A stretch of 37,369 nucleotides of DNA from Catajapyx aquilonaris (taxonomy: Eukaryota): assembly GCA_000934665.2 (NCBI GenBank), contig JYFJ02003813.1, forward strand, positions 1-37,369, given 5' to 3'. Below the pieces are notes generated by a model. It saw nothing but the letters and a program-made list of their open reading frames with translations, was not told the DNA's origin and ran no database searches. This document shows, one piece after another, positions 22,271 to 34,048 of the stretch (its first letter is position 1; each line of letters starts with the position of its first letter). Position numbers and translations under genes: made by a program.

Positions 22271-22644
22271 CAAGGGAGGTGGAGTGGTGCTGCGGTAACG
22301 TATGCGCCCACGGATGTTAAGGTCCCAGGTTCGATCCCAACCTGGGGTTCCCCCCTTCATCTCATGCAGAGTTGGGTTGTCTCTGGCTTCGTCTCGGGTG
22401 GAATTTCCTTAGACTAATCCACCCGGGGGAGTTCACAAAATGACATTAGCAACGACATTAGCAACAACATAGCACTGCACTTGGCACATCCCCTCCTGTC
22501 ATCATGCCCGTGGGCCCAGGCGCAGGTGTTTCGCAAAATGGTTCCAATATGTCCATACATCTAATGTACGATTGAGTAATAATAAAGGTCCGTGCTAGAT
22601 ACCGGTAAGGTGAATGCACTACCCCTACGTTTATTATTATTATT
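22271..22644 (+). mobile_element. tRNA-derived SINE family E, copy 1 (last Dicer-1 intron)
   Basis: 13-bp TSD attgtcatgtttc (22258-22270, 22645-22657); B box ggttcgatccc; (TTA)n tail. Confidence 0.9.
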
Positions 22645-23518
22645 ATTGTCATGTTTCAAAGATTTTAAAATGGTTTCAGTCCAACTCTTCTAAGATCTAA
22701 GTGATCCCATGTGTTTTGAGATATGTATTAGGGGCCTATATGCCTTTTTGTAAACCATGCCTATGTTTACAAGATGCAATAGTCATATTACTGTCCCCAC
22801 TAACCAGTGTCCTTAAAACACACAATTACGCTATTGGACATAATGCTAATGTTTGGCCAAAATATTTTCTGGGGAAATGAGTTTTTTCAGCAAAATTATT
22901 ATTATAATTTCTTTTTGTCCCTATCGAGTCAGATCTACGTGAAGATTTAGCATGGGAACCTTTGTCCAACAGGTGAATCTCAACGACGAAAACCCTTGCA
23001 TTAAAGGCCAATTCACATATTTACTGAACCTAGAGTGGGGGGAAACATGGATGTGAAAGTTGCATGCACAAAAAATTCACCCTCTTGGATGAAAAGTTGA
23101 TGGCTAAGTCCCACAAATTCAGTGTTTGAAAAGCTTGCAGACTTGGAAATTTGTAATGGCTTAAATGATTATTTCCAGTTTATTGTTGTCTGATGAGCAG
23201 AAACTTTTCTCTTACAGAAGATTTTCATGGAAGGGAGCAAGTACTGTACACTATATGCAGGTTTCATGAATCTAGATGATACAGCTTCACTTGACGAAGA
23301 ATTGGTGCAGGTGGGCGTCCAAACAAAATGGACTTCGTTGAATGGGTTCAGTGCAAATCGAGTAATACATGCAGTATTATCACACCACTATCTTGCACCT
23401 ACAACTGAAGTAGATGCCTTGGCTTGGTTCTCTAATGTAACGTCATTATATATTTTTTTCATGACAGTGTTCAGTTTTCCCCTTAGTAACAACACATAAA
23501 AAACTGCCATGAACATAC

Positions 23519-23594
23519 CCGAATTTTGCTGTTTCTGGCTCCAGCTCCAGAAGCTCTCGGATAGGTGACTTGGGAACATTAGTACTGAATTGCT
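23519..23594 (-). CDS. Dcr-1: Dicer-1 exon: start of dsRBD
   Basis: Hand-translated. Acceptor gtcatttcag, donor GTATGT, 76 nt, phase 1-2. (E)[24 protein letters not shown](G). Confidence 0.96.
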
Positions 23595-24276
23595 CTGAAA
23601 TGACACATAATGATTAAAATAATTATTACATGTATACTATTAAAATCAAGTCGAAAATGTAGCGGGGAGAAATGTTGAGGGCCAACCATTAATGAGGTAG
23701 ATGAACAGAAACATTGGCCAGTGGTTGCCTAAGAAGCAGGATATGAGATGTGTTAATTACTTCTGTGAAAGAGGTGATCTCACAAATCCCAACAGTCACA
23801 ATTTTCACGCTCATATCCTACTCCTGAGGCAACCACCAGCCAATGTTTCTGGTCATCTACCTCATTAATGGTTGGTCCCTTGACATGTCTACCCCCTACA
23901 TTTTCAACTTGTTTTGGCCCACGAAATACGCTGACAGGCATTGGCCATACTAGTAAGAAACAAACACCCTGTATAAGAAACAAACAAATCCTCAGAAATG
24001 CTTTGGCTTTATTTACTGGAGGAGCTGAGGCACCTGAGGCCATGATATGAAACAGAGATTGATAGGGAAAGGCAGGGTTTTGGTCTGTGAGAGAAACCAA
24101 CAAACCCAGATAAAGTCACACAAACAATAAAATGGACCTCTTGAAACTCTTTCCATTGAAGGAGAAACTCCCCGGATTTTGGAAATCAACTTTGGACTTA
24201 GGAGATAGGCTGTGGTGTTAATCACTACACCATTCTAGGGATTGGAATATTATCTCCTGCTCTCTTCACTGCTCAC

Positions 24277-24442
24277 CTATTTCATTTTTCATCATCTGGT
24301 AGTAGACCTTCCATACAGCATCAAGTGACATGCCACTGTCCAAGAAGATGGCACCAGCCACAGATTCAAACACATCTCCCAAGGCCTTTGGAACCTCCAC
24401 ATCTTCAGCCTCTTCACACTCTTCTTCTTCTATCAAGTAATA
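24277..24442 (-). CDS. Dcr-1: Dicer-1 exon: RNase IIIb C-terminal part
   Basis: Hand-translated. Acceptor ttctattccag, donor GTGAGC, 166 nt, phase 0-1. [55 protein letters not shown]. Confidence 0.96.
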
Positions 24443-25599
24443 CTGGAATAGAAATTATGGTATTTGTAAAGTGTTCACCGAGACACTCTAACAGAATGGG
24501 ATAATTATAATTGAATACGCAAAACGAGAACGGGCCAACTCCAGTGAAGCAAACTTTTCAGGAGAGCATAAAAACCATGCAGGGACCATAATATTTTGAA
24601 TATATGCAAATATAACTTTTTGCAAATACTACATGTATGTTAAGTTCAAATAATATTTGGTCTACAAAAAACGTGTTAATGAAGTGTAGGAATGTCCGTA
24701 GGCAATGGAGTTCGGCCCTTACTCGTCTTGCCAGCATTATTGACATAAAATGACCTTTTTCCACACTAGTACATTTACTGGTTCAGGATCATTGCTACAA
24801 CAATCACATATTTTCCTCATCATAATCTTTATCATAATCTGGAGAAGAAAACTTTGTATAAAGGCAAGGGTCTCCCTTGACAAATGCAAAAGAACAATAT
24901 GCAGAAGGGCCCAACTCCCTCTCCTTACATTATTAGCCACTGTTTTTCACCCCCTCATGGGTGGAGTTTGGTCGTAGTATTTCTTGTACAGGTACTTACA
25001 GCCATGAACTATATGAATCAGCCACAAAATGATTTATTTAATTTTTTATTTTTTTAGTTGGGCCCTTTCTCGTCTTGCCTATTCAATTATTTCAGTCAAC
25101 CCTATTGGGATGTTGTTATTGAACTGTACATGATGAGAGCTTCTTCAAATTTCTTGCAGGAGGATGGCATGGTCTGTACAAGCAAGTGTGAGCTGTCATT
25201 AAATCAGTTCAGATTGCATTACAAACATGACTTGCCCCAATAATGCCAATTTACATTGCTTCTGAAATCCGTTAGGAGAAAGGGTATCTGCTGCATTTGT
25301 AACATTTTATTTTCACAATCAAAATCCATCACAGGACAGGCAATGATGGTTATAAAAAAGATAATCCCTGAAAGGCCCATGGAGGCTTATCACAGAGTAT
25401 CCATTATTACTCTCACGATGTATAAGCACTTGAACAGGAAGCAGGGGACTCTCTAGAAGCCAAGATAAGCCACCCTACTAGCATGTTATTTTAGTTCTCC
25501 TTGTATGTGGCATATCCATTATGTCATGGAACAATGCATTAATCAAGCTCTACTTAAAAGGAGACTGGAACAAAGATGAGGAAATGCAACAATACTAAC

Positions 25600-25820
25600 C
25601 TCTTCACTGATCTTGTGTCCATTTTCTTCCTGGATGCGGACAAATCGGTTGACAACATCTATTAGCCCTGGTGAGAGATGCCTAAAGTAGCGGTGGAAGC
25701 TATATCTCACAGCTAAAGAGGCAAAGATGGTGTTGTTGACAAGGGCAGAGCGGAGGTCCGTAAGTGCTCCAGGCGAGTGCTGGCGGGGGTCCTCATAAAG
25801 GTGCCTTGTTATCAGGTAGT
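25600..25820 (-). CDS. Dcr-1: Dicer-1 exon: RNase IIIb
   Basis: Acceptor gtatctacag, donor GTTAGT, 221 nt, phase 1-0. (D)[37 protein letters not shown]...SEE. Confidence 0.96.
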
Positions 25821-26071
25821 CTGTAGATACAAGGATATGAAGACGCAAACTCAGAAAAGGGCCAAATAACTTCAGTGGGGGCCAAAAAAAAGTGAAAACA
25901 AAGAAGGTGTAACTCAATGTAAAATTTTAAAAACACCAAATCATTGCAGCACGGACTTCAATATTGCCTTAAGTTTACATTATGAGATCACCAGGAATCA
26001 CAAATTAATGTCCAAAATATTAACAAAGCATATTGTATTCTTATTGCTTTCCAACATTTAAGTGAACTCAC

Positions 26072-27755
26072 CTAGGATGGCATCTCCAAGGAATTCCAGC
26101 CTCTGATAACAGTCAGTAAGACGATTGAGATAATAAGATGCATGAGTGAAAGCTTGAAGCAAGTAACTCCTGTCTCGGAACTTGTACCCAATATTTTCCT
26201 CAAAAGTGTCATATCCATCTAGTAAGAATTCCAAGACATCATGTGCATCAGGAACATATGTCAAGAGTGGTGATTTGGGTGGTTGGAGATGTCCAAAACC
26301 AAAACCACCACCAGGCAAACGTGGGAGTACCCTTATGCCAAGCCAAGACATGAACAAAAGAGCACCACGTGGCCCACAAGATGTTAAGTAAGCACCAATC
26401 AATGCTTCAACACAATCAGCAATGCTCTTGTCTGGTAAGCTATGCTGTGTGATTAGATTGTATGGGATAAAGCATGGCAGGTCTTCAATGCTCTTCTGCG
26501 ACATAGGAACCTCATCTACTGCATTGGCACGAAGTCGTTCACCCTTTTCACGCACCAGCTGGCATATCTGTTCACTGGTTAGGTCTTTCAGTGAGGGTAT
26601 GTCAGCCATGTTCCAGTGACTGGCAGGCACACCTGACTCAATAAGTGCCTGTTCTAATTCACGAGGAACATAGTAACAAGGCGGTAGCCAATTATCATGT
26701 GGTTCAAACTTGGTTGCAACCATGCACTCGCCAAATCCTTTGCGACGTCCCAAACGGTATAGATTGAGGTTGCTCACCTGCTTGGAACGAAGGTGACTTA
26801 GCTTACCTTCGTGTATGGAATCATACGCACAAAACAAGTATGAAGTTATGGCATATTTCAAAAATGAGTCTCCTATTGTTTCAAGGCGTTCCAGGTTAAT
26901 GCCATCATTGGCATTTGACATTGTTAATGCTTGCAACAATACAGCAGGACTGGGGCCTGCATGATTGGTCAAATCAGGTTGTGCATCAAATCCAAATTCA
27001 CCATGATATGTGACTGCTCCTTTGTAACAGGGCTGACTTTGAGTGTCACTTGTAAGTGCTGCACTGATCCGTGGTTCAGTTTGGTCTAAGATCTGCTCCA
27101 TAACCTGTTGCATAACTCCAACCTCTTCCTCTGAAGCTCCTGGACTTTGAATTCTAATGCCCCGCCTCCTCAGCTTCACTTCTTGGTCATCTGCCAGAAA
27201 TATTCCTTCCCTCATGATTTTCTCTCGGTTTTGGCAAACCAATTCCTTGAACTTCTCAACGCATTGGTGTGTTTGCTCATCGACCTCGCCATCCCAATCC
27301 CATGGATTTCGGTCACTGATCCTAAAGTGATCTGGCTCCTGCTTTGACTTTGACTCTGTACTAGACTCAGATTCAATTGCTTCAGCTACGTTGTCACCTT
27401 TGAATTCAATCTTCAACCCAGAAGTAGTGTCTGTGTCACTGTCCCAGGCTTCCGCATCATCTGGATCACTCCCAGAGTCTGATTCATAATTATCATTATC
27501 AAGGCTGTGTGATGGAGGATAAAAAGATCCTTTCCCCCAAGACAGTTCAGGACAAAAACTGCTTGGGGATCCATATCTGACAGGTTCAGCCACACGTCTT
27601 CGTTTTTCTTTAATGCCAGTGCCCCAGTCACTACGATTGATGGTCTCTACCTCAAGGTCGGTGCTATGGCCATCACAGCACACAACAGTCAGGTTGTCAG
27701 GCAGGGCAACACGAGGGTCAAAATGGTCTATTTCAAAATCTGGGTCCTCTTCATC
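26072..27755 (-). CDS. Dcr-1: Dicer-1 large exon: linker, RNase IIIa and start of RNase IIIb
   Basis: Acceptor cttccctctccaag, donor GTGAGT, 1684 nt, phase 0-1, in frame with the 541-aa ORF. Contains QALTMSNANDGINLERLETIGDSFLK, DKSIADCVEALIGAYL and QAFTHASY...YQRLEFLGDAIL, with the catalytic acidic residues intact. Confidence 0.97.
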
Positions 27756-28065
27756 CTTGGAGAGGGAAGGTAAGACATAACCAGTGTTTTAGTACCACTT
27801 GAGTTTTAGGCTTCAAGTGACATTCTCATAAACATATGCTTCCCTGCAATGTATAAAACTGTGAGTACATGTCTAATTCAACACCCTGTGATGAGGTGAT
27901 ATTGAAGCCAGGGAGAAATGACTCGTCAACTGCTTGGTCCTGTCGGGTTCATCAATGGGAGGATGATGATATGCAATGGGTGTACCAATAGCACCTATTT
28001 CAGGCTGCTTTTGTTTATTATATGAAGTACCACCTGTCCTGTTCGAGTTAAACTAATAAGCATAC

Positions 28066-28349
28066 CTGGTAAGCCATGTCATTAGACCATGTTCCTATCT
28101 CCAACAATGACTCTCTCGAGTTCTTCAATTTTAACTCTTCTTCTAGCAGGATCTCGTTGACTGATTTCTCCTTTTCAGGAGTTCCTTCATCTTCCTCCAT
28201 AGCCTCGCCTTCCATACCATTGTTCTTCTTTCCCACTCTGGACTTGGATTCATGCTTGGGCTTCCCATCAGCATCCTTGGCAGCATCCTTTGACTTCTTC
28301 AGCACATCTGCCAGGGTCCAGCCAAAGTCAAGTGATGGCCACTCACAAT
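28066..28349 (-). CDS. Dcr-1: Dicer-1 exon: charged linker
   Basis: Acceptor gttgcag, donor GTATGC, 284 nt, phase 1-0. (D)CEWPSLDFGWTLADVLKKS...LLEIGTWSNDMAYQ, with conserved arthropod Dicer-1 linker motifs. Confidence 0.93.
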
Positions 28350-28410
28350 CTGCAACATTCACAATTTGAAATGTCTCTGTGGTATGTATAACTCTAAAAG
28401 AGCAGGTTAC

Positions 28411-29283
28411 CCTAGATATGCCGAGTGTCCCCTAGGGGACACCTGCACAGTTGTTACATTTTAATTTTTTTGCGCACGTTCTTCTGCTGCTAAAAAGCTG
28501 GCGGTAGTCAAGTGTGCTTCAGTAGAGTCCCAGCTAACGATACAAGTTCAAACCTGCTCAATATTGCTTCAGATTTTTAAGATACAGGTGTTTGGTTTTT
28601 AATGCAGGAAATAATGGCTGCACCTCCACGTTCCGAAGACGATTAGCAATTAATTCTCGAATGTTGATTAGCATTATGAGTTATTTTTTGTTTGTAATAC
28701 TTAGAAAACTTATGAACGATGATGTCGATGTGGAAATATAGGAATATATTTTACTTTCCTTGTCTGAGAGTAGTGTTGAAATCTGGTGTCCCTTCTGGGG
28801 AACGCAAGAGGCAAATGCATCCACATTTGGACAAGGTAAAGTATGTGTGTGGATTTATAATGCTTTGTTGACCTGCATTTTAATGAATCCATCAATTAAA
28901 ACGAGATCCCATGGCAATTCGTTAACATGGCATCCGTTGCAACAATCCTTGATTGTTGTTGATTGTTACTCAATTACAACCCCTTCTTTGCACGACCTGT
29001 TTCCGTGGTAATGCAATCGAGAACAATCAATCATTGGTGATATTATGAAACCATGGATGTTGCTGAATGTCACTGTTGCCATGGTAATGTAATCAACAAC
29101 TGTTATAGCCATACTAGGTTACATTTTCCTAGCATCCCATAATTATAGGGAATGACCATTTTTTGCAAACGAGCATTCAGAAAAATGTTTTATCTCGATT
29201 TTTGTGTTTTGGGAACTAATATGAACTAATAGGAACAAAAAAAGTTCAAAAATTCAACAAAAACTTTTCCAGGCATATCTGGG
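28411..29283. mobile_element. piggyBac-like non-autonomous element (Dicer-1 intron)
   Basis: Ends ttac|cctagatatgcc and ggcatatctggg|ttaa; subterminal palindrome gtgtcccctaggggacac. Confidence 0.7.
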
Positions 29284-29321
29284 TTAAGGTAAGAATGAAA
29301 TTTATATTCAAGCATGCACTA

Positions 29322-29550
29322 GGGGGGCCCGGTGGTCTAGTGTAGAATCTGGCTACTGGCCAGCCAAGCAGGAGGTCTGGGATTGAAATCCCGCCCCACA
29401 CCACTGCTTGGTCGGATCTTTTCTGCTTTTCACCCTATGTGTCCGGGCAGACTTGCATTCCCTTCTCTGCCAAGTGCCAAGAGAAAAGGACGGTCCGAAA
29501 TGACTTGAAACTATTGCTCATTTGCAAACCCCTCAACAGCATGCTCGCTA
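29322..29550 (+). mobile_element. tRNA-derived SINE family B, copy 2 (Dicer-1 intron)
   Basis: ggtggtctagtg...gctactggccagccaag...ggaggtctg...cccttctctgcc...atgact.gaaactatt shared with copy 1. Confidence 0.8.
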
Positions 29551-29579
29551 TTACCAGAAAACAATGTTATTTCGCTAAC

Positions 29580-29833
29580 CTTGGCTAAGTTTTTCCATGC
29601 CTAGGTGTATATCCCTGGCAACTGTCACCCTGATCTGGTTGGCCAGCAGCAAGGCATTAATCCTGTACATGATGCAAGGAAGACACACTGCCTTCCTCCA
29701 GAGGGAGGCTGGAAAAGGGTGTATCATGCAAAGCTCTGGAACCAGGATCTGCTTCTGCTCCAAGTTCTCCCGTTTCGCCCGCTTTGTCTCCTCACTACTT
29801 GTTGGAAGAGCAACACCTTTACGGTTTACGTAC
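29580..29833 (-). CDS. Dcr-1: Dicer-1 exon: PAZ end and connector helix
   Basis: Acceptor poly-C tract + acag, donor GTTAGC, 254 nt, phase 2-1. YVNRKGVALPTSSEETKRAKRENLEQKQILVPELCMIHPFPASLWRKAVCLPCIMYRINALLLA. Confidence 0.96.
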
Positions 29834-30645
29834 CTGTGGGGGGGGGAAAACGAGCAGAATCAATATATTTACTTTTCGCCAAGGAAAAATCAGAAGGGTC
29901 TGTCAAGGGTAAGCAAACTCCCCCGGAGCCATGGCGGCCGGGAAAGTGGCCTCGCTCCTAATTGGCCGGGTGGACTGCTCTGAGCTCTAGGTGGTGGCCG
30001 CTTGCCACCTAAGCCATCTTTTTTGCACCTGGTAGCTCATATTACATCCTTTTAAACCGGACCTTTAAAATTTATTAAACCGACACTTAATGTTTTCATA
30101 ATTCATCAGAGGGACTGGGCAATCATATAGAATTATCTATTGGATACTTTTGAGGGGTGGAAGTTGCCTGAACAAATACCAGCATAAATGTCATTAATAG
30201 GATGACGTCACCTTCTCGTGCATAGCATATGAGGTGGTATATGGCTCTCTCAAGAGCGAAACCAATGGTGCCAGATCCAGTGATTTTCAGCTAGGGCACT
30301 AATTTTATACCCCCACCCAAAATGTGCAGAATCCAGCAGGAAACAAAGGGTAATCTGCAATTTATAAGTTTTCTTGCCATCTGGACAGGAAGTTTGGAAC
30401 GGACCAATTATACAGGATGGTCTGACAGGAAAAACAAACCCTACTAGAACAGAAATTCAGTTAATGTAGACCCTTTTTTTCTAATAACCACTAAAAATGA
30501 GATTACTTGTATAACTTCCAAGTAACTGCCACACTCCTAGTACACAATGTTGCCTGCTCCGATTATGTGTCAAAAAAAAGGCAATGGCAGTCAAAGATTT
30601 CATAACACATCATGTTGAAATACAAACTAGGGACACACTAATGAC

Positions 30646-31374
30646 TAGAGTCCGGATTTTTAGGCAAATGCCTATTTAGTTCCTTAACAGTTGGGATGGG
30701 TTCGTGAGAGACCTATCAGTTTCATAAGTTCAGGATGTGGAAAATGTAGGTTTTATAGTGCATAAAATGGCCTATTTCGTGGTTTAGGGAACTATTTTGC
30801 ATGTGTACATATCGAATCGGGGAATCGCCTACAGAAATTGATGGAAACTCTGGTTCCTATGTGAAATTTTAAGTTTGCAGACAAATTCTCCCATTTCAAG
30901 GGACAAAATAAAACTGGTTTCATGACAATTGAGAACTATTTGACATAGTTATTACATGTTTCTAATAGGGAGTTACTTTCCGACCACACTGTATATTTAT
31001 TACTTTTCTAAGAGCCTATTTTGAAAGCGCCCGGACCCAACGGCAGGGTGACTAGGAGGGGATGTGCCAAGTGCAAGTGCAATATTGTTGCTTGGTCATT
31101 TTGTCAACTCCCCCGGGTGGATTAGTCTAGTGGAGATTCCACCCAAGACGAAGCCAGAGATGGCCCAACTCTGCACGAGATGAAGGGGGGCACCCCGGGC
31201 TGGGATCCGTGGGCGCATACATTACCGCAGCATCACTTCGCCTCCCTCAATTTTCTGTAACATTATCCTCCATATGACCGAAGAAGTAAAATTTTTGTGC
31301 CTATTTAAGTGCCTATTTGAGAGTTTTTTCGCCCCTATTTCGGGGGGTTTTCGTGCCTAAAAATCCGGACTCTA
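30646..31374. mobile_element. hAT-like MITE (Dicer-1 intron)
   Basis: Perfect 8-bp TSD ctaatgac (30638-30645, 31375-31382); perfect 21-bp TIR tagagtccggatttttaggca; repeated gcctattt subterminal motif. Confidence 0.92.
31027..31248 (-). mobile_element. tRNA-derived SINE family E, copy 2 (3'-truncated, B box deleted), nested in a hAT-like MITE
   Basis: Reverse complement shares tgctgcggtaa.gtatgcgcccacggat, tagactaatccacccgggggagtt and cacttggcacatcccctcct with copy 1. Confidence 0.87.
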
Positions 31375-31696
31375 CTAATGACATAGGTGATTTTTTACCA
31401 TCTAATTTGGACATTTCTGAGGCAACTGACATTTTTCATACAAGAAATTTTAAATTGGAAAACCACACTAGACTAGAGAGACACTATTGAAGTTCAAGAT
31501 TTGGATGCAATGTTTTGTCACCTCTAGCAATTCGTGCACAAAGGTAACAGTTACTTGCAACTACAAAAGTAACCAAAATAGTCTTCCTATTGGGGAAAAA
31601 AGCAAAAAAAAAGCAGAATTTTGTGACGCAGTGCACCTTTCTTGTTGTACTATCCTTCATTAACAAGTGCAACTCGAACAAATTTGAAAACTATAC

Positions 31697-31875
31697 CTTG
31701 GAGTTAGAAAGTTGAGCCTAGCAGATGTATGGTCAACATCAAGTAATGGTTGACTAAGGTTCTGGATGCGAATGTTATACTTTTTATAGTAGTATTCCTC
31801 AAAGGTCTTGTATTCTGATCCAGGAAAGGATGACTTGGGATTGAGGCTGTAGCAAATCTCAGCAACATAGAAATA
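31697..31875 (-). CDS. Dcr-1: Dicer-1 exon: PAZ domain
   Basis: Follows a 59-nt intron. Acceptor tttcatttcccag, donor GTATAG, 179 nt, phase 0-2. [59 protein letters not shown](R). Confidence 0.96.
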
Positions 31876-31934
31876 CTGGGAAATGAAAGCATTATTGCAT
31901 ACAGTTGCTAATCATCACAATGAGACACTCCCAC

Positions 31935-32107
31935 CTGGGGTTGATCCTGGTTGCGATACCAGGGCATTACAACAGCATCCTGGTAACAAAGGGGATCACA
32001 TTCAAAATCCTTCCGTGTTGAATCATGAATTGGCTGTGGCTTCAGATCCCGGTTTGTATATATAAGATCCAAAAAGCTCCAGTCCATCTGAGCTGGTGAA
32101 TCACCAT
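31935..32107 (-). CDS. Dcr-1: Dicer-1 exon: start of PAZ domain
   Basis: Acceptor gcatgcag, donor GTGGGA, 173 nt, phase 1-0. ...MDWSFLDLI...YQDAVVMPWYRNQDQPQ. Confidence 0.93.
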
Positions 32108-32650
32108 CTGCATGCAACAAAATCAAATTACTGAAATCATTTACTATTTTAATAAACCCTCGACACTGCAGGACATATTGTCTATGTACACAGGGTGGTG
32201 CCAAAGCCACACACTTATTCGCTTCCGGAAAATTTCAAACAAGAAAATGTCCTACTTATTACTCAAAGAAACATGGTGCATAGAGACTCTGGAAATCGAT
32301 AAAATTAGCTACATATATCAATGAAAATGGCCTGTATAAATTTAAAAACAATGTTTTTGTGGAGTGAAAATAATTAAAAAGAAAGGCACAGGCACAAAAT
32401 TTTGCAATTATAATTTTTCAAAATTTTGGGGAATTCAGAAATTTTTGCGCCGGCCGCACAAATTGTCTTTGTGGGCCGTAGGTTTCCGACCCCCGATACA
32501 GGCTATTATAAGAGTAACAACAGATGTGTGACAGATGCCCTTGATGGATGAGGGCCAATATCTGTTAACCACCATTTTAGTTAGATTACTTGGCATGTGA
32601 GCATTAAGGACAGAGCAGAACTTGACTTGAATGAAATATAGCCTACTTAC

Positions 32651-32864
32651 ACTTGCATGTAGGAACAATAAAATAAGAGTTCTCGGATGCTTGTGGGTCA
32701 AATGTCATCAGGTACTTCTCTAGACGTAACACACTGGTGAAAGTGTAGTTGAGAAAGACCACTACTTTCTCTAGTTGCATTTCAGTCAGTTCTATTCCAG
32801 TCTGAGCCAGCTCCAGATCCACACATACTTCACCAGAACGTGTGAATATTGGGAACTGGCAAAT
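32651..32864 (-). CDS. Dcr-1: Dicer-1 exon: platform domain
   Basis: Not in the ORF track; translated by hand. Acceptor ttttcatttctag, donor GTAAGT, 214 nt, phase 0-1. ICQFPIFTRSGEVCV...FLNYTFTSVLRLEKYLMTFDPQASENSYFIVPTCK. Confidence 0.95.
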
Positions 32865-33819
32865 CTAGAAATGAAAAATATTCAGAATCAGCACTTAGGA
32901 ATTACTTTTCAAATGCGTGCATTACAGCCATAACACCGCCTCATAGAAAGAAAGAACAATTCTATGTAATTACTAGATTTGAAAAAAAGAAAAGAAGGCC
33001 AGGTCATTGACACATTCATCTTTAAGTTGAGATCACTTGAGTAAGACTCTAAGGGCCCAGCCCTGCACTAATTTTCTGGGGTAGATGCAAGACTCCCCAC
33101 AGTGAGCATCCAATTACATAGCCTGACTGACATCAGCTCAAGCCTTCTGGAGGCTGCCACATTTCTCTCTGCTCCTCCCCCGCACCCTGAAAAATTTAGG
33201 CTTGCCAACTTGCATTAACTCAGTTCCCCACCTCCGATGAGCACTTGCACCTTAGAAAGCCTCTTGGGCAGGAGAGGAGTGAAGCCCAGTATCCATGCAA
33301 AAGTTTCTCTTGACAGAGTCTTCTTGTGCGAGAAATCTGGTACATCAAAACATACTCTATTTCCCCTCAGGGCCCCTCTGCAGAGGGATTAAAGTTGAAA
33401 ATGTTCTACTTTTTCTCTGTTCCTCTGATCCAGGCATGCACAGTTGGCTTCTCTGACAAGAGAAACTCTTGCATTGACACTGGGCTTCAGAACCTTGCCA
33501 TGTGGCAACTGCATATTACCCAACCTCAGTTCAGGGTTCAAGTTCTGCTGGACACTTAGAAGGAGCTTGAAAAATAAAGGGTAACAGAAGAGAAATTGAG
33601 AGAAGGGTGTAACTTTAAATGGACTTTAAACACTGTTCGAGAAATATAGCACAAGAATACTAGGAAAAAAGAACAACAGTGACTCAATCAAGTATCCAGG
33701 GTTCGGATATTTAACCTAACGTCGCCTTGTGAAATGATAGATGAGTTCTAGATGATCACTTTGAGTACATGCAACATGTGTCTCCGACGCATAGTTTCTT
33801 CAAACACAAGGTATAAAAT

Positions 33820-33991
33820 CTCGGATGCGAGGGAAAAATGGCTTAAGTATTTAAAAAATTGTTTTCCCCCCGAATCTGAGTATTATCAATGAGGTGGATT
33901 AATAGAGGTGAATGCTCAGATTCGGGGGGAAAAGCGCATAAGTAAAAAAATTATTATTTTTTACCTATGCCGTTTTTCCTGCACATCCGAG
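33820..33991. mobile_element. MITE with 4-bp AAAT TSD (Sola1-like)
   Basis: AAAT on both sides; TIR ctcggatg...ggaaaaa.ggc.ta.gta; inner inverted repeat ttttccccccgaatctgag/ctcagattcggggggaaaa. Confidence 0.8.
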
Positions 33992-34048
33992 AAATATCCT
34001 GGCACGTATGCGTCCCTCCACGCACCCTTAGCTTTTTAATTTAATTTT

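Noticed and set aside
23190..23206. Hammerhead-like core ctgatgagcagaaac (also CTGATGA on the minus strand near 17393 and 30104)
   Set aside because: No stem II can form between CUGAUGA and GAAA, and no flanking stems I/III were evident.
27756..28065. Alternative Dicer-1 exon in the 310-nt intron (open frame GGTSYNKQKQPEIG...)
   Set aside because: The open frame is out of phase with the flanking phase-0 junctions and ends in a stop; direct splicing already gives a continuous frame.
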